64,000 nucleotides of DNA, from NCBI GenBank assembly GCA_028023455.1, contig JAQFVV010000008.1, positions 11,346,001 through 11,410,000 of the forward strand, given 5' to 3'. Origin of the DNA: Epiperipatus broadwayi. Lineage: Eukaryota > Animalia > Onychophora. Under the pieces are notes generated by a model. The model ran no database searches. It saw nothing but the letters and a program-made list of their open reading frames with translations, and had not been told where the DNA came from. The position numbers were made by a program, and so were the translations under genes. Positions 51,381 through 64,000 of the stretch are shown here, in pieces. Within the stretch, counting starts at the first letter, position 1; the number at the start of each line of letters is the position of its first letter.

Positions 51381-53901
51381 GAGTTACAACACACATCTAA
51401 GTTATGGCTTGAAAATTTCATTGCAAAATTTAATTTTGTTCCGAGTTATTGTGAAAACAAAATTCAGTCAAACACTAATACACAGACATCATTAGAATTG
51501 CTGAAAGATATTTTAAAAGCTTTAATTGAAAATAAAAATCGTTTTCTGGCATAATAACAGTGTTTCAACTTCTGCTACTATATTCCATATATTGGAAAGT
51601 AATAGCTTTTATTACGTTTCGCCCATTAGGAAGCTTGGAGAAATCCATGTGCCCTATAATCAGAAAAGTTTCGTTCTTTCATTTTACTATCAAAAAAAAA
51701 ATTAATATCTGATGAAATTGTTTTTTTTTTTTCCTTAGAAAATACTGTTTTAAAAAAAAAGAAAATTGTAATTCTGAGTAAATTTCTTAATGTTTGATTT
51801 ATATCAACAACAATTGGTCAGTTCTAAATTACAGGGCATTCTTTTTATGTTGGCAATTGCCATAGCTTCTTAATGCTAATATATCAAACTATTATTATGC
51901 ATCCAAAAGTCAGAAGTAATTTTTTATTACATCTTGTAATAATAATATTATAATGAATAGAACATAATTGAAAATTGTTTTTATTAAACTTCAGCAATTC
52001 CTTTGCATTTAAGACAGATATGGGATTGTAAAATTCCAAGACATTGTCCAAAACTGTGCTTGTTTTGAATTAACAAGTGATTGAAACAACTATATATTTT
52101 AATGATGTTAGTAGATCTATTTTTAAAATATATGCAAATAAAATTTGAATTTAAATAATTTATAAATAAAACAATAAATACCTAACCTTTAATAAAAAGA
52201 ATCTGTTAGTAAATTCTTAAGAATAATTTGGAATTTTTATAAAAAATAAAAAAAAAAAAACATTATCGTATTTTTTTTTTTTTTAATTTTTTAAATTAAC
52301 ACATTCGTATTTTTAAATAAAACTTTGCAGAGTTTACAATTGATGAGAAAAGATTTGTACAATTACAAATTTTTCACAAATTTATGAAAAACTGATTATT
52401 CATATTCTGAAAATAAAAATATTTGCAATTAGGATTTGGGTTTATTTGTATGTACACATATGGAATATACACTTCATGTTGTATATTGCTGTCATCAGAT
52501 GTGGAATACTTACATTCAGGCCAAGTTATATAAAATGTCCTTATTCAGTATAGCTGCAAATAAGAATCATTAATGCCCATTACAATATATCATCTAAAGA
52601 GATGTTTGGTAGCAATCAAAAGAAAAACTTCCACAAGTTATAAAAGACTAAGATGGAAGATCTAGTTATGAAAAAAAATATATTTCATATTAAGAAATTA
52701 TATTTATATTCATGACCTGAATCTTTGTTTTGAGTACATATAATATGTATTTTCATTTTCTTTTGAATTACTGGTCCTATGAATCTGATATATACTAAGA
52801 TCAGCTAGAAATTTTAACGATTTTTGGGTAACTTCCTATATTTATCTTACAATAGTATATTACAAATAAAATTATTTAGATGGAAGCAAAAGTCTCAAAT
52901 GTACAGTATTTATCAATCAAAGTTTAAACAAATAAAAAATATTTAAAGGCCTAGAAAAGAGGCTCCTCTTTTACACTCTAAAATTTTTATTAGTTATCCT
53001 GAAGATACTATAACAACAAGAATTCATATTGGTGTAATTTGCCAATATAGCTTCGCAATATAGATCAAAAATTCTTTCAAAATTATTTTCAATAACATTC
53101 AATTACAGCAATTTTTCAATCAGCAAGTTGTCAGTAAAGCTCTATCACAGAATGAAAAGAATAACTACTGGATAGGCAACACAAATCAATTCCTATAAAT
53201 CCTTATTAGAAATACATTTCCACTTTGTTAATGCAGCCCAATTAGTTATATCAAATTAGATACTTATTTTTTGATTTTGCATGCGATCTACTTTTCAGTT
53301 TTATATTTAATTATACATATATGTATATATTCTTAAAATATAAATTTCAATTAACTGAAAATGAATATAATGAAAAAAATAAATAGTTGCCTAGTAATTC
53401 AAGTGATAATATACATTTTTAAATCCATTTTGCATTTTTAAATATATATACACTGTATGACTTTCTTTTTGTTATTTTCCTTTTAAATGGAATATTTTTT
53501 TTCTTCTATAAATCACCCCCCCCCCCTTTTTTTTTGTTCTTCACAATTACTTGTTTCATAAACCATACATGAATATTTCACTAAATTTTTTACATCTGAA
53601 AAAAAATAATCAAACAATGAAATATCCATCAAATTGTACATGCAAACTACAATAATTTTGTAATATTATTTCAATAACATGATAATAAATATGCTGTAAA
53701 GAAAATATAACATACATGAAATACATATTTCAGTCATAAGTTTCCTTGCAAATAGTTTCCACAAACTCTCTACTTCCATCCAATATTGCTAGCAATTACT
53801 TAAGTCTTGTCATAATGTAATGATTTTGAACTGAATTCTGTTTTGGTTTACGTGCATAAAGATTTTCCCACATTTACCATAATTATTAGGAAACATGAAA
53901 T

Positions 53902-56900
53902 CATCATCATCATCATCATTATCAACCATTATCAATCCACTGTAGGATGAAGGTCTCTCCAAGTTTAATCCATCTTCTCCGATCTTTAGCTTCTCTTCTC
54001 CACATCACCCCTACACATTTTCTTATTTCATCCATCCATCTTACATGTGGTCTCCTTCTGGGTCTTTTACAATCTCTTGGAATCCGGTTTAAAATTTCAA
54101 TTGTCCATCTATTATCATCTCTTCTAGCAATATGTCCAGCCCAACTCCACTTCAATCTTTTAATTTTTTCAATGAGGTCAGTAACACCTGTTTGTTCTCT
54201 TACCCATACATTGCGTTTTCGATCTCTTCTTGTTACTCCCAACATACATCTCTCCATACTTCTTTGAGTGGTCTGAAGTCTCTGTATTGATCTTCTATTA
54301 AGTGTCCAAGTCTCAGATCCATAAGTAAGAACTGGTAAAACACATTTGTTAAAAACCTTTCTTTTCAAACACATAGGCATATTTCCTTTTAGTATCAAGT
54401 TATTTCTACCAAAAGCACTTCCAACCAAGTTTAATTCTATGATTAATTTCCTCTATTATGTTTCCATCTGTATTAATAATCTGACCAAGGTATTTGTAAC
54501 TCTTAACTTCTTCTAATTCATCATAATCAATCTTTATTTTCATATTTTGAGCAAATCGATTAAACATTACTTTAGTCTTTTTAACATTTATCTTTAGTCC
54601 TACTTTCATCTGATAACTCCTGCAACATTTCCTGCAGCTCGGAAGCATTATTTGCAAAAACAACTACATCATCTGCGAAATCTAAATGACTTAAATAATC
54701 TCCATTTACTTTCACTCCTTTAGTTTCCCATTTTAATCCACAAAATACTTCTTGCAGCACTGCTGTAAAAAGTTTTGGAGATATGGAGTCACCTTGTCTT
54801 ACACCTTTCTCAATGTTGACTTTCCCAGTATCATTATGTAATCTAATTGTTGCTGTTGCATTTTTATAAATATTCTTTAAAATATGACAATATCCTGGAT
54901 CTATACCTTGATGATCCAATGCTTTAATCACTGAAGAAATGTTTATAGAATCAAATGCCTTTTCATAATCTACAAATCCAAAACATAATGACAACTCATA
55001 TTCATTTGTCCTTTCTATAACTTCTCTCAATACTTGAATATGATCTACTGTACTAAAACCACTTTTAAATCCAGCTTGTTCTCTTGGTTGGTGAAAATCC
55101 AAGGTTCTCTGTAGACGAGTTGTAATTATCTTGGTAAAAATTTTATATAAAACTGATAAAAGGCTGATAGGTCTGTAATTTCTAATATCTTCTTTATCAC
55201 CTTTTTTAAATATTAATATTATTACTGCATTCTTCTAATCATCCGGTACATCTTTATCATTTAGACATTTGGTATATAACTTTGCTAATATTTTTTCTGT
55301 TTCTTCACCTGCTTCTTTTAATATATCAATTATAATTCCATCATTACCTGGAGCCTTTCCTTTTTTCATACATTTAATTGCATTTCTCACTTCTTCATTT
55401 AAAATTCAGGGCAATTCGGAAGATGTAATAGATATAGGAGGTACTTGTTCTTTATTACTATATAATTCTTGATAAAAATCTTCTACCAATTTCATAATGT
55501 CATCCCTCTTTTAGTAATAATTCCATCTTTTTTCCTTATTGCAGATATAAATTTCCTACCAATACCAAAATGTTGTTTTACATTCTTAAGACTTTTATTT
55601 TCTTCTACAGCTTTTCTTGCTAGTTCACAGTTATACTTTCTTATATCATTTTCAACTCTTTTCCGCACCATTTTACAAAATTCGAGATATTCAATTCTTT
55701 TTAATGCATTATTCTTGCATATCTTCATATTCCTTCTTTTCTTCATAAATTCTCTAGTCTCAGTAGAAATTTTATTGGTCAATTGCTGCTTTTTTCTACC
55801 AGCTATCTTTGTTGCAGTTTTTAAAAGTGTATCAGTTATTTTCATATTAATTTCATTCAAATCTGAATCATGTTCAAAATCTACTAATACTTGAAACCGA
55901 TTTGTAAGTTCTAATTTAAATTCATTAGAATGTTTCTGAAGATTAGGAATATCAACTGTAAATATAGTTTTTCTTAATAATTTTTGTCTCTCTAGTTTTA
56001 CATTAACATGTATCTTACCCCTTACTAATCGATGATCACTTCCTGTGTTAAATTTATTAAGAACATTACAATCTTGAAATATGTATTTCCTGTTAGTCAA
56101 AATATAATCCAATTCTGCTGTACCTTCATTTGGATGCTTCCATGTCCATTTCCTTCTAACATTTTTCTCAAAAAAAGAATTCATAATATAAAGTTTTTCC
56201 TTCTCTGCAAACTCCACAAGTCTATGTCCTCTCTCATTTCTATTACCATAACCAAAATTACCTACAACACTTTCATCTTTCATTTGTTTACCAATTCTAG
56301 CATTAAAATCTCCCATAACAAGGAACCGAGCAGGGCAAATTCCTAATGTCCACTCCATACGTTCTTGTCGTTGCAGCTGTTATTACTATATGTTTATTCA
56401 TATAGTATACGAACATGGATGGGCTGCTCACCAATACGCATTAGCCAGCATGGTGAGTTTATTAGCTTTTTACCTCTGAGTTTAAGATCAAGAAACACCA
56501 TGGTCTTTCTTCTCAGTGCCTGATAAGGCAGAATGAATGTTTGTGTAAATGATAAAGATTTTTCCCAATTATACAATTATGATAGACAAAAATAAAGCAT
56601 GGCCCTTAATCCCAGGAGGCTGTAAAGTCACCAACCAAGGCAGCGGTTGGTGGCCGAAGGCGGAGGGTGCTAAGAATATCCTGGAGGCGGACCCAGGCTG
56701 CCATTTGATGACGACTTTTTATTTAGGTACTTACAACTGCAGATCACTTTCAAGTGAAGGAAGATTGCAAGAATTAGAAGAAGAACTCTCTTATATTAAA
56801 TGGGATATTATTGGACTTTGTGAAGTTAGAAGAAAAGGTGAAGAGACAATTGATTTAAAAAGTGGACATATGCTCTATTATAAAGGCACAAATATTGGAA

Positions 56901-57127
56901 ATACAAGTGGAGTAGGATTCATTATAAATAAAAAGTGGAAGAACAATATTGTGGAGATTGATGGTGTATCAGACAGAGTGGCAAGATTAGTTATACAACT
57001 TAATAGCAGATATCAAATGCAGATAATTCAGGTTTATGCCCCAACAAGTTCTCACAGTGATGAAGTAGTAGAAGATTTTTATATGGATGTACAAAAGGCT
57101 TTTGATCAGAGTAAACAACATTTTTTT
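53902..57127. mobile_element. RTE-clade LINE, near full length, with 5' inversion
   Basis: Minus arm ~56325-53902: VMGDFNARIG...SDH endonuclease C-half, RT (HQPREQAGF, GVRQGDSISPKLF, FADD) and a (GAT)n tail. Plus arm ~56326-57127: putative 5' UTR and endonuclease N-half (GTYNCRSL...IIGLCEVRR...QVYAPT). TSD aaacatgaaat at 53891-53901 and 57128-57138. Several stops and frameshifts. Confidence 0.93.
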
Positions 57128-57777
57128 AAACATGAAATACCTAGCAATATAAGTGAAAGTTTGATCTGCAAACTTAAATTTTCCCTCTAGTACCCAATAA
57201 ATACAAATTTTATTTTTTCTAATAATTTTATTCAAATTCAATATATGAAATGTCTATAATATATAAAGATCATTAATATCTGCAATTTCAAATTGCTAGA
57301 AATTTTTTAATAAAAAAAATCAGACTAATTTTTCCAAACTGGTAATAAATATCTCATTTTTACTGGAAATTTTAAAACCATGTAGTTATTATCAATAACC
57401 AAAAAAAAAAAAAATTCCTTATTGTTATTCTTTGATATTTTCAAACCATCTGAAAGTGGCATTGTTAAAATCAGTAAAAAGTCAATAATCAATAAAAGTG
57501 AAAACAAAAGGGGTAAATCCTCATGTCATTGTTATTGTACTTTTTATTCTATAAGACCATATGTAATATAGCTTAAATATGAAATGAAGTATAAATATAT
57601 TTGCAAATTAAATTTTCATTACGTAATTAGAAATTGTAATACACAAAAAATAGAAGCAAATATTATTACTAGCAGCAGCAGCAGCCGTTTATAAACAAGT
57701 ACGGCCAATTTAACAACAGGAAAAAAAAATTAAAGATAAAGAATAAAAAGTTGAATATGAGTTTTGTGCTGATTACA

Positions 57778-57853
57778 CAAATTCAAACCATAAGTACAAA
57801 TATATTCATGTATATCAAATTCAAACCATAAGTACAAATATATTCATGTATAT
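57778..57853 (+). repeat. 38-bp perfect tandem duplication
   Basis: caaattcaaaccataagtacaaatatattcatgtatat at 57778 and 57816. Confidence 0.92.
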
Positions 57854-58542
57854 TATAAATTGATCATTTAGCCCATTTACTTGACATTTTTTTGGATATC
57901 ATTTACTTCTGCAATAATCTTTACTTCAAGATCTTTTAATTGTAACTCACTATTGAATTCTATCCTCAGCCATATTTTACCAATGAAAATGATATTGTTT
58001 AAATAAATACAAAGTTTTATGAAATGACAAAAAAAAAAAAAGGCTCTCTCTGAGATTATAAATAATAAGTTTATAATTGTAAATAATGAAAAACATAAAT
58101 TATTTGCATTAAGAGGAAGTAAATAATTCTTCAGCAAAGAGTACTTTATCTCAATACTACTTCTAGTCAATGTCCAAAAACTAGTTTAGAGGTACAAATA
58201 TACAATTATTATCTATTTTCCAGTGGTTATTCTAATTTAGTTAATTAATGTCTCTAATAGAGATATTGAATTAAAATAGATAAAGCCATAGGTGCCTAAT
58301 TTGATAAAAAAAAAAAATTGATATTGAAAATATCATTTAAAAAAATGTATAATTTTATTAAATGCATGATTAAATGCTAAACATGAATATACTTTTATAG
58401 ACATAAAGTAAATGAGAACTTAGCCATATACATTAATCAAGCAATAAATAAAAATGAAATAATGGAGGAAGGAGCAAACCATAATATTTTACATACACAC
58501 ACATTAATTACATAAATATTTATAATAATTTCAAATATTTAC

Positions 58543-59566
58543 CGATGTTTTCTATGTTTCCTCGGAAAAGAAAGCGAAACTGATCTCTCGGCTGATCTTG
58601 AACTACTTCTGGAATGCGAATATCTTATTTTTTTTCTAGAATAATTCCTCCGATGTTTTGAAGAATCTGAACTAGATGAATATCTGCTTGATGATCGAGA
58701 ACGTGACCGTGAAGATTCTTCAGAATAACTGTGAGATTTATTACGATAAGAATGTTTTCTTTTTGAATTTCGTGAACGATGGTGACTATTTCTTCGAGAA
58801 TATCTATTTGACAATGAATCTGATCTACAATGAGACTTATAATCCGAAGAATTATCACTGCTACTATCGTGTTTAATATAATCTGAGTTTTCTGAATAAT
58901 AAGAATAAAAACCTGAAATTCTTTTATCATATTTTTCTGAATCTGAAGTATTAGATTCCAGACTGGTATCTAAAACTTCTCCATCTTCAATATCACTATC
59001 AGAACAATTTTTAATTTTCTGATATTGAATTGGAAGAATCTTTTTCTTAGGAACATTTTTTTCAGATAAATTTAATGAGAGATTTTTTTCAAGTGAATAT
59101 TCATTTTTTTCAATAATTTTATTTCTGCATTTTTGAACTTCATTTTCATTTGTTTTTAAAGTTTCAACTAAGCTGTCTTTAAGTACATTTAATGAAGGTC
59201 CTTTAACATCTTCACTAGATGTATTTGTATCACTTTCATTAATATTAAAAATTTCAGGTAATTTTGTGGATTCGTTTGTTAAGGCATTCAAAAAAGTACA
59301 TTCATTTTGAAAAAATTCATCAGGTTTTTGAAATGATGCCACTAAATCTTCAGGTGTAAAATTCTTAACTTCATCTTCTTCAAGTCCAACCACATCAATA
59401 ATTTCATCTTCTTCCTTTAAGTCATCAACAGATTGTATCCTTATTACATTTGAAATATCAATGGAAAATGGTTTCATTTCACTGGCAATGTGTGCTGTTT
59501 TACTTGAAATAGTTGCTTTTCTGCTAGTTATGCAAGATGTAACAATTTTTTTTTCAGATGGTTGCT
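58543..59566 (-). CDS. srl/PPARGC1: PGC-1/PRC (spargel)-family coactivator, large acidic + RS-rich exon
   Basis: Open frame of 1024 nt (2+340 codons+2) from acceptor ttattttag|AG (AG at 59568-59567) to donor CATCG|GTAAAT (GT at 58542-58541). Encodes ...SDSDIEDGEV...SRSRSRSSSRYSSSSDSS...RKHRKH(R). Family assignment rests on the downstream RRM exons. Confidence 0.85.
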
Positions 59567-61572
59567 CTAAAATAACAAAACAGATTATTACAAATAGGAA
59601 TAATATCAGTTTATTTATTCATTTAAATTATAATAATAACAATAGCTTACACTGCTTGCACATGCGCTTTACAGATAGAACGAATCTTTTTAATAATAGT
59701 TAAGAATAATCATTAATTAAATTATAGATTTATGTAGTTTCTAAACTTACATTTAATCTTTATTTAAATTCACTAAAATCAATATTTGTAGTTAAAACAT
59801 TAACAAAAAATTATTAATAAAACACTGGTAATATTCAATTTTTTTTTTTAATCAAAAATATAAACCAGAAAAATTCTAATTTATCATTGAATAAACTAAC
59901 ATTATTAAAATAATTCTAAAATGAGTTTAAAATATTAATTACGTAAAATTTAGAATCGGTCAATTGATTATTATAAGACTTACTTTATAATGTGTCAAAT
60001 TCAATTATTGATTTAACAACAGATTTAAAAAAATATACGAAGAAATTGGCTTAGATCCAAGACAAGTTGAAACAGGAAATAAAGCAAAGAACAATCTGAT
60101 TATGGGTTTTCAATATGTAGATATTTAAATAAAAATAACACAAAAAATTTAAATTTAAGATTATTATTATAAAACTGAATAATAATCGAAGGAAAAATTG
60201 GTATTTATCAGACCAATTTTAAAAAGAAATGTTTAATTTGGAAAGTAGTACTTGATAGAGCAAATATAAAATTAAGAGATTTAAAAAAGCTTGTGTAGAT
60301 AGTGAATAATAAAAAATAAATAAACTTACAGACAAAGATGAGTACAAAAAACTAAAAAATTATGGAAGGAGAAAAACATTAGCAGCATGAAAAAAGGAGA
60401 GAATGATCAAAAATACATATATATTTTAATATAGATAATTACAGTTGTGACCGATTATAAATTTTATTCTTAAAAATAAAGCAACATATGATATAGTTGC
60501 ATAAGTATAATAGACTAACTATTAAATACAATCATTTACAATAAATTTTTAACACTACTCAGCGTATTCAATATCAGAAATGTAATTTTTAAAATAATGA
60601 TATTGATACATATATTTTTTTAAATGATAGCCAGCATTATTCTATATCCCAATATTTCAAAGGCAAATGAATTTGATAAGAATCTTTTTCTATCAATTCT
60701 CTACCAAAACAATCATGAAACAATTGAAAAAAATTCTTTTTTTGAAAAAGTATAATAAATTATAAAAAAATAAAAATCATATATAAAAATGTATATATAT
60801 TATTAATTATATATATAATAGCCTTTTTGTCACATGGTTTTATGCCCTTATCAAATGTTAAACATATATTTAAATGTTATCCTATTATTGCACACAGAAT
60901 GCTATCTAGTGTTTATAATATATATATATTTTTTTATAATTTATATGAAAAAAACAACATAATGAACTTAATTAAATTCCATTTTTAATAATAACAACTT
61001 AGTAAATGTAACACATTCTAAAGTTTGGAAGTCAATAATTGGGTATAAAATATGCAATTAAAATATATTGCAAACTTGATGTGCCCCCTCCAAAGCTCTC
61101 TAAATATAATTTTATTCAAGTTATTTACACAAAAAAAATTCAAATTTGATTTAAAAACTTATCAAATGATTAAAAATTCCTTTTCTCTATCAAACTTTTT
61201 TTTCTCATTTATTATCATTTCATAATAATGGAAAGTAGATATTGAATTCCCACCATAAAAGAAATTAGTTTTTTCTTCCTCATACAAATGTTTATAATAA
61301 TAAGTTAATTTATTATATTATTAATTTATTTAACAATTATATTTCAATTATTTTATTAATACAATTAATAAAACATTTATAAACAACAGAATTGAAAGAA
61401 ATTTAAAAACATTATTAAAGTAATTACAAATAGCTTCAAAAATTTTTGCTTAATGTGATTTATACATTATAGGTAGAATTTTATTGCTGTGCTGTATTAA
61501 AATGCATCTTTCCTTTCCCTGATCATATTTCAAAAAGTCACCATACAGAAAACATTTTTATAAAGTCTATGG

Positions 61573-62016
61573 CAGGGGTGTCCAACAAGTCGATCGTGAT
61601 CCACTGGTCATTCGCAAAGCCATTTTTGGTCGATCGCGAGGCCAATCTGGCAAGAGCTATTGTGTAACGAGTGAAATAAATTAAGTCAAGATTTTCAAGT
61701 TTTTTTGTTATTTTTGTTCTAAATTTTTTTTCAATACTAGCTAGGTGAAGTCCACTAAGTCATATCATTATTGAAAATAATATTTTTAATCTTGATTTAA
61801 TGTAGTTAATTTGAATTAATAAATATTGTTAATAATTTACTCATGTTACTTTAATTCTCCAACATGAGTTTTTTGGCCCGTTATATAATTGTTATTTTTA
61901 AAAATATGTATTTCACACCTCCCTCCACTTAGACTACGCCTATGATAACAAGTCGATTGCAAAATATTTTTAAAATAAAAAGTAGATCTTATGAACATAA
62001 AAGTTGACCACCCCTG
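61573..62016. mobile_element. hAT MITE
   Basis: TIRs caggggtgtccaac / gttgaccacccctg (12/14 match). 8-bp TSD gtctatgg / gtctatag at 61565-61572 and 62017-62024. Confidence 0.88.
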
Positions 62017-63149
62017 GTCTATAGTATTTGTTAAACAAATAAAAGTGTATATTATTTGAAATATATTTTTAATAATCTATTTCTCTACTTCAGTTCTGCT
62101 ACCAAGTGTAAGCTTGACCAATCAAAATAAATGCTTACACAAATTAGAGTAGGAATATGTAAACAAATATCACATTATTTTATAGTTGTCATATTCCTAA
62201 TAGCTTTTAAAATAGCGAATAACTTATAATTAATAAAGTTAACTTTTTTTTAAAAAAAAATTCTATTATAAATCAAAGGTTATCTCCCTTCCATATTCTT
62301 TTAAAAGATAATTCAAAGAGAAGTAAAATAAATTTGCAACTAAAAACTTACGTTTCTGCTAATAACCCCACCACCACCACCACACACACACACACATTTA
62401 TACTGAATTAGTCTTCACTTCTGAATAACAATGTGTATTTAATATTTTGCATAATTTCTGTATACAAAATATACTGCCTGTTATAAATGCAATAAAAATA
62501 ATAAAATTCTTAGTTATATCATTTACAAACAAAGATATAGTTTGATATATGTATAATACGATAAACAGAATAATACACTGAAAAGAAAATGGCTTTCAGC
62601 CTAATGCATATTGCGGAAAAGTACAAATATTTATAATAGTTATAGGCAAAAACCATTATTGCAAGATGCTACTATACAGTTTCTCACACTATAATGTTTT
62701 ATGTAACTTAAATTAGTGATAGGCATTTCTCCAAAAATTTCTTATAGAAAACAATGAAAAAGATATTACTAGCTAGCAGTAAAAGAATATGATTTATGTA
62801 AAAATAATAAAGAGTTAATAATATTTCTTTCATTACTTAACATATGGATTTTTTTTATTACAGTTTATTTATTAATAAAACATCATAAAGGAACTCTGTA
62901 GAGGTTCCAACTAAAAAACAGACTCACTAGTGGCTTTATTATCCTGCCATTATATTTAGTTTTAACCGCCATTAGCTACATGATTCATGATTTGTATTTG
63001 ACCACATCTACAAATGTCAGTTATTGTTAAATTCCATTTATGAAATAGATTAATCCAAATGGAATGATTTATGAGTTGTCTTGAATATACTGAAGAGATT
63101 TTGATAATGATTAGGAAGATCAAATCTGGAAAAAGAAATTTGTTTTAAA

Positions 63150-63445
63150 TGTCATACCATGTCCATTTTTATTCTTTGGTTATTACTTCTTTTCTAATAT
63201 CTGAAGGAGCAATGTGAAATAACAGAAACCATTTCAAGTGAGTAGACTTGAATGTACTAATAATATTTCTCAAAATAATATTTAATTGAATATTTTTAAG
63301 TTTACTATAGGCATTTTTCCTCCAAGTTGAGGGACAGATTTCATCAATAGAATATGTCAGTGCTGAGGAAACTCTCCCTAAAATACTTGCAACACAACTC
63401 CAAGTAATACCAGCCAATTTTCCAATGAGATTATTCCTAGAAATT
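63150..63445 (-). mobile_element. I-group (Ingi/Vingi-like) LINE fragment, post-RT region
   Basis: SRNNLIGKLAGITWSCVASILGRVSSALTYSIDEICPSTW...KLKNIQLNIILR...HIAPSDIRKE, matching the RNNLL.KLAG.TWG....LR...LAL.YS..EYC..VW...IAPP.IRR pattern. Confidence 0.6.
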
Positions 63446-63450
63446 ATTGT

Positions 63451-63685
63451 AGATCTAATCTTATAAAGATGAGAAACTTAAGTTAAACTACAGTCTAAAG
63501 TTTAGAATTTTGTTGTGCCAGCCAGCTTTCCAGTGAAAATATTTATAAAAATTGTTAGATCTAACCTTATAAAAATGAGAAACTTAAGTTAGACTACAGT
63601 CTAAAGTTAAGTAGGATTTTGTTGTGCCAGCTAGCTTTCCAGAGAAAATATTTATAAAAATTGTTCTAGATCTAATCTTAGATAA
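63451..63685 (+). repeat. ~106-111-bp tandem repeat, ~2.2 copies
   Basis: agatctaa.ctta recurs at 63451, 63557 and 63668. Confidence 0.88.
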
Positions 63686-64000
63686 GAAAAACTGCAGTTC
63701 AAAATTAGACTTAGATAGCATTGAATAAATTATTTCATTTTGTTTTATAGAATGAAATAGTATTGTGTTTCAATCTATTGTTTTTAAATGGTTATATTCA
63801 GATGATGAGCTGTTTCCTTTATTTAGACAGGGATGGACAAGACCTTGATTGCAATCAACCAATGTCACCAGCTAGACCCAGAGAGAGAAACAGATCTTTA
63901 ACATTGTTCAGACAATTGAGAAAAGAATACAGACAAATATTAGCCAAAATAATTTTAAATAATTTCATAGTTTATTAAATTTATAATAATAAATTTTAGG

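Noticed and set aside
56326-56590. Possible HDV-like ribozyme in the RTE 5' UTR (known for some RTEs)
   Set aside because: A GAGCAG/CUGCUC helix exists, but I could not place P2, P3, P1.1 and J4/2 in order on either strand. It needs a descriptor search (RNArobo/RNAbob).
58625-58930. Overlapping ORFs in other frames of the RS exon, and antisense ORFs over RTE/LINE/Penelope regions (e.g. 53947, 55469, 56032, 40510, 47302)
   Set aside because: Shadow ORFs of real or decayed coding sequence, with no independent motifs.
63763-63978. Plus-strand 71-aa ORF, or an upstream minus-strand PGC-1 exon
   Set aside because: No donor site was found for the minus-strand reading and the peptide is unrecognisable; possibly a TE fragment.
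1-64000. CRISPR arrays, tRNA/rRNA genes, prokaryotic operon structure
   Set aside because: None seen. Repeats lack unique spacers, and the sequence is spliceosomal-intron-containing eukaryotic DNA.

Overview
Very AT-rich eukaryotic genomic DNA; an arthropod source is my inference. On the minus strand I can assemble four coding exons of a PGC-1/PRC (spargel)-family coactivator: 59566-58543 (acidic plus RS-rich), 36972-36915, 36825-36704 and 14715-14657. All splice sites are GT-AG and the phases are compatible, and the last two exons build most of the C-terminal RRM. The 5' exons and the final exon(s) were not found in the window. The two ~22 kb introns and the region left of the last exon are filled with decayed transposons: RTE, an esterase-ORF1 LINE, R1-like and Ingi/Vingi-like fragments, Penelope-like elements, Ty3/Gypsy pol remnants, and hAT and other TIR elements. 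The main finding is a family of non-coding ~405-451 nt tandem-unit elements, each unit carrying a type I hammerhead ribozyme (retrozyme-like). They occur at three loci: 23483-24091, 41184-41720 and 44411-45700. Two are divergent two-arm (twin-priming-type) inversions with exact 13-bp target-site duplications. A near-full-length RTE LINE in the same intron (53902-57127) has the same architecture with an 11-bp TSD, which points to RTE as the mobiliser. All ribozyme folds were derived by eye; activity is untested.
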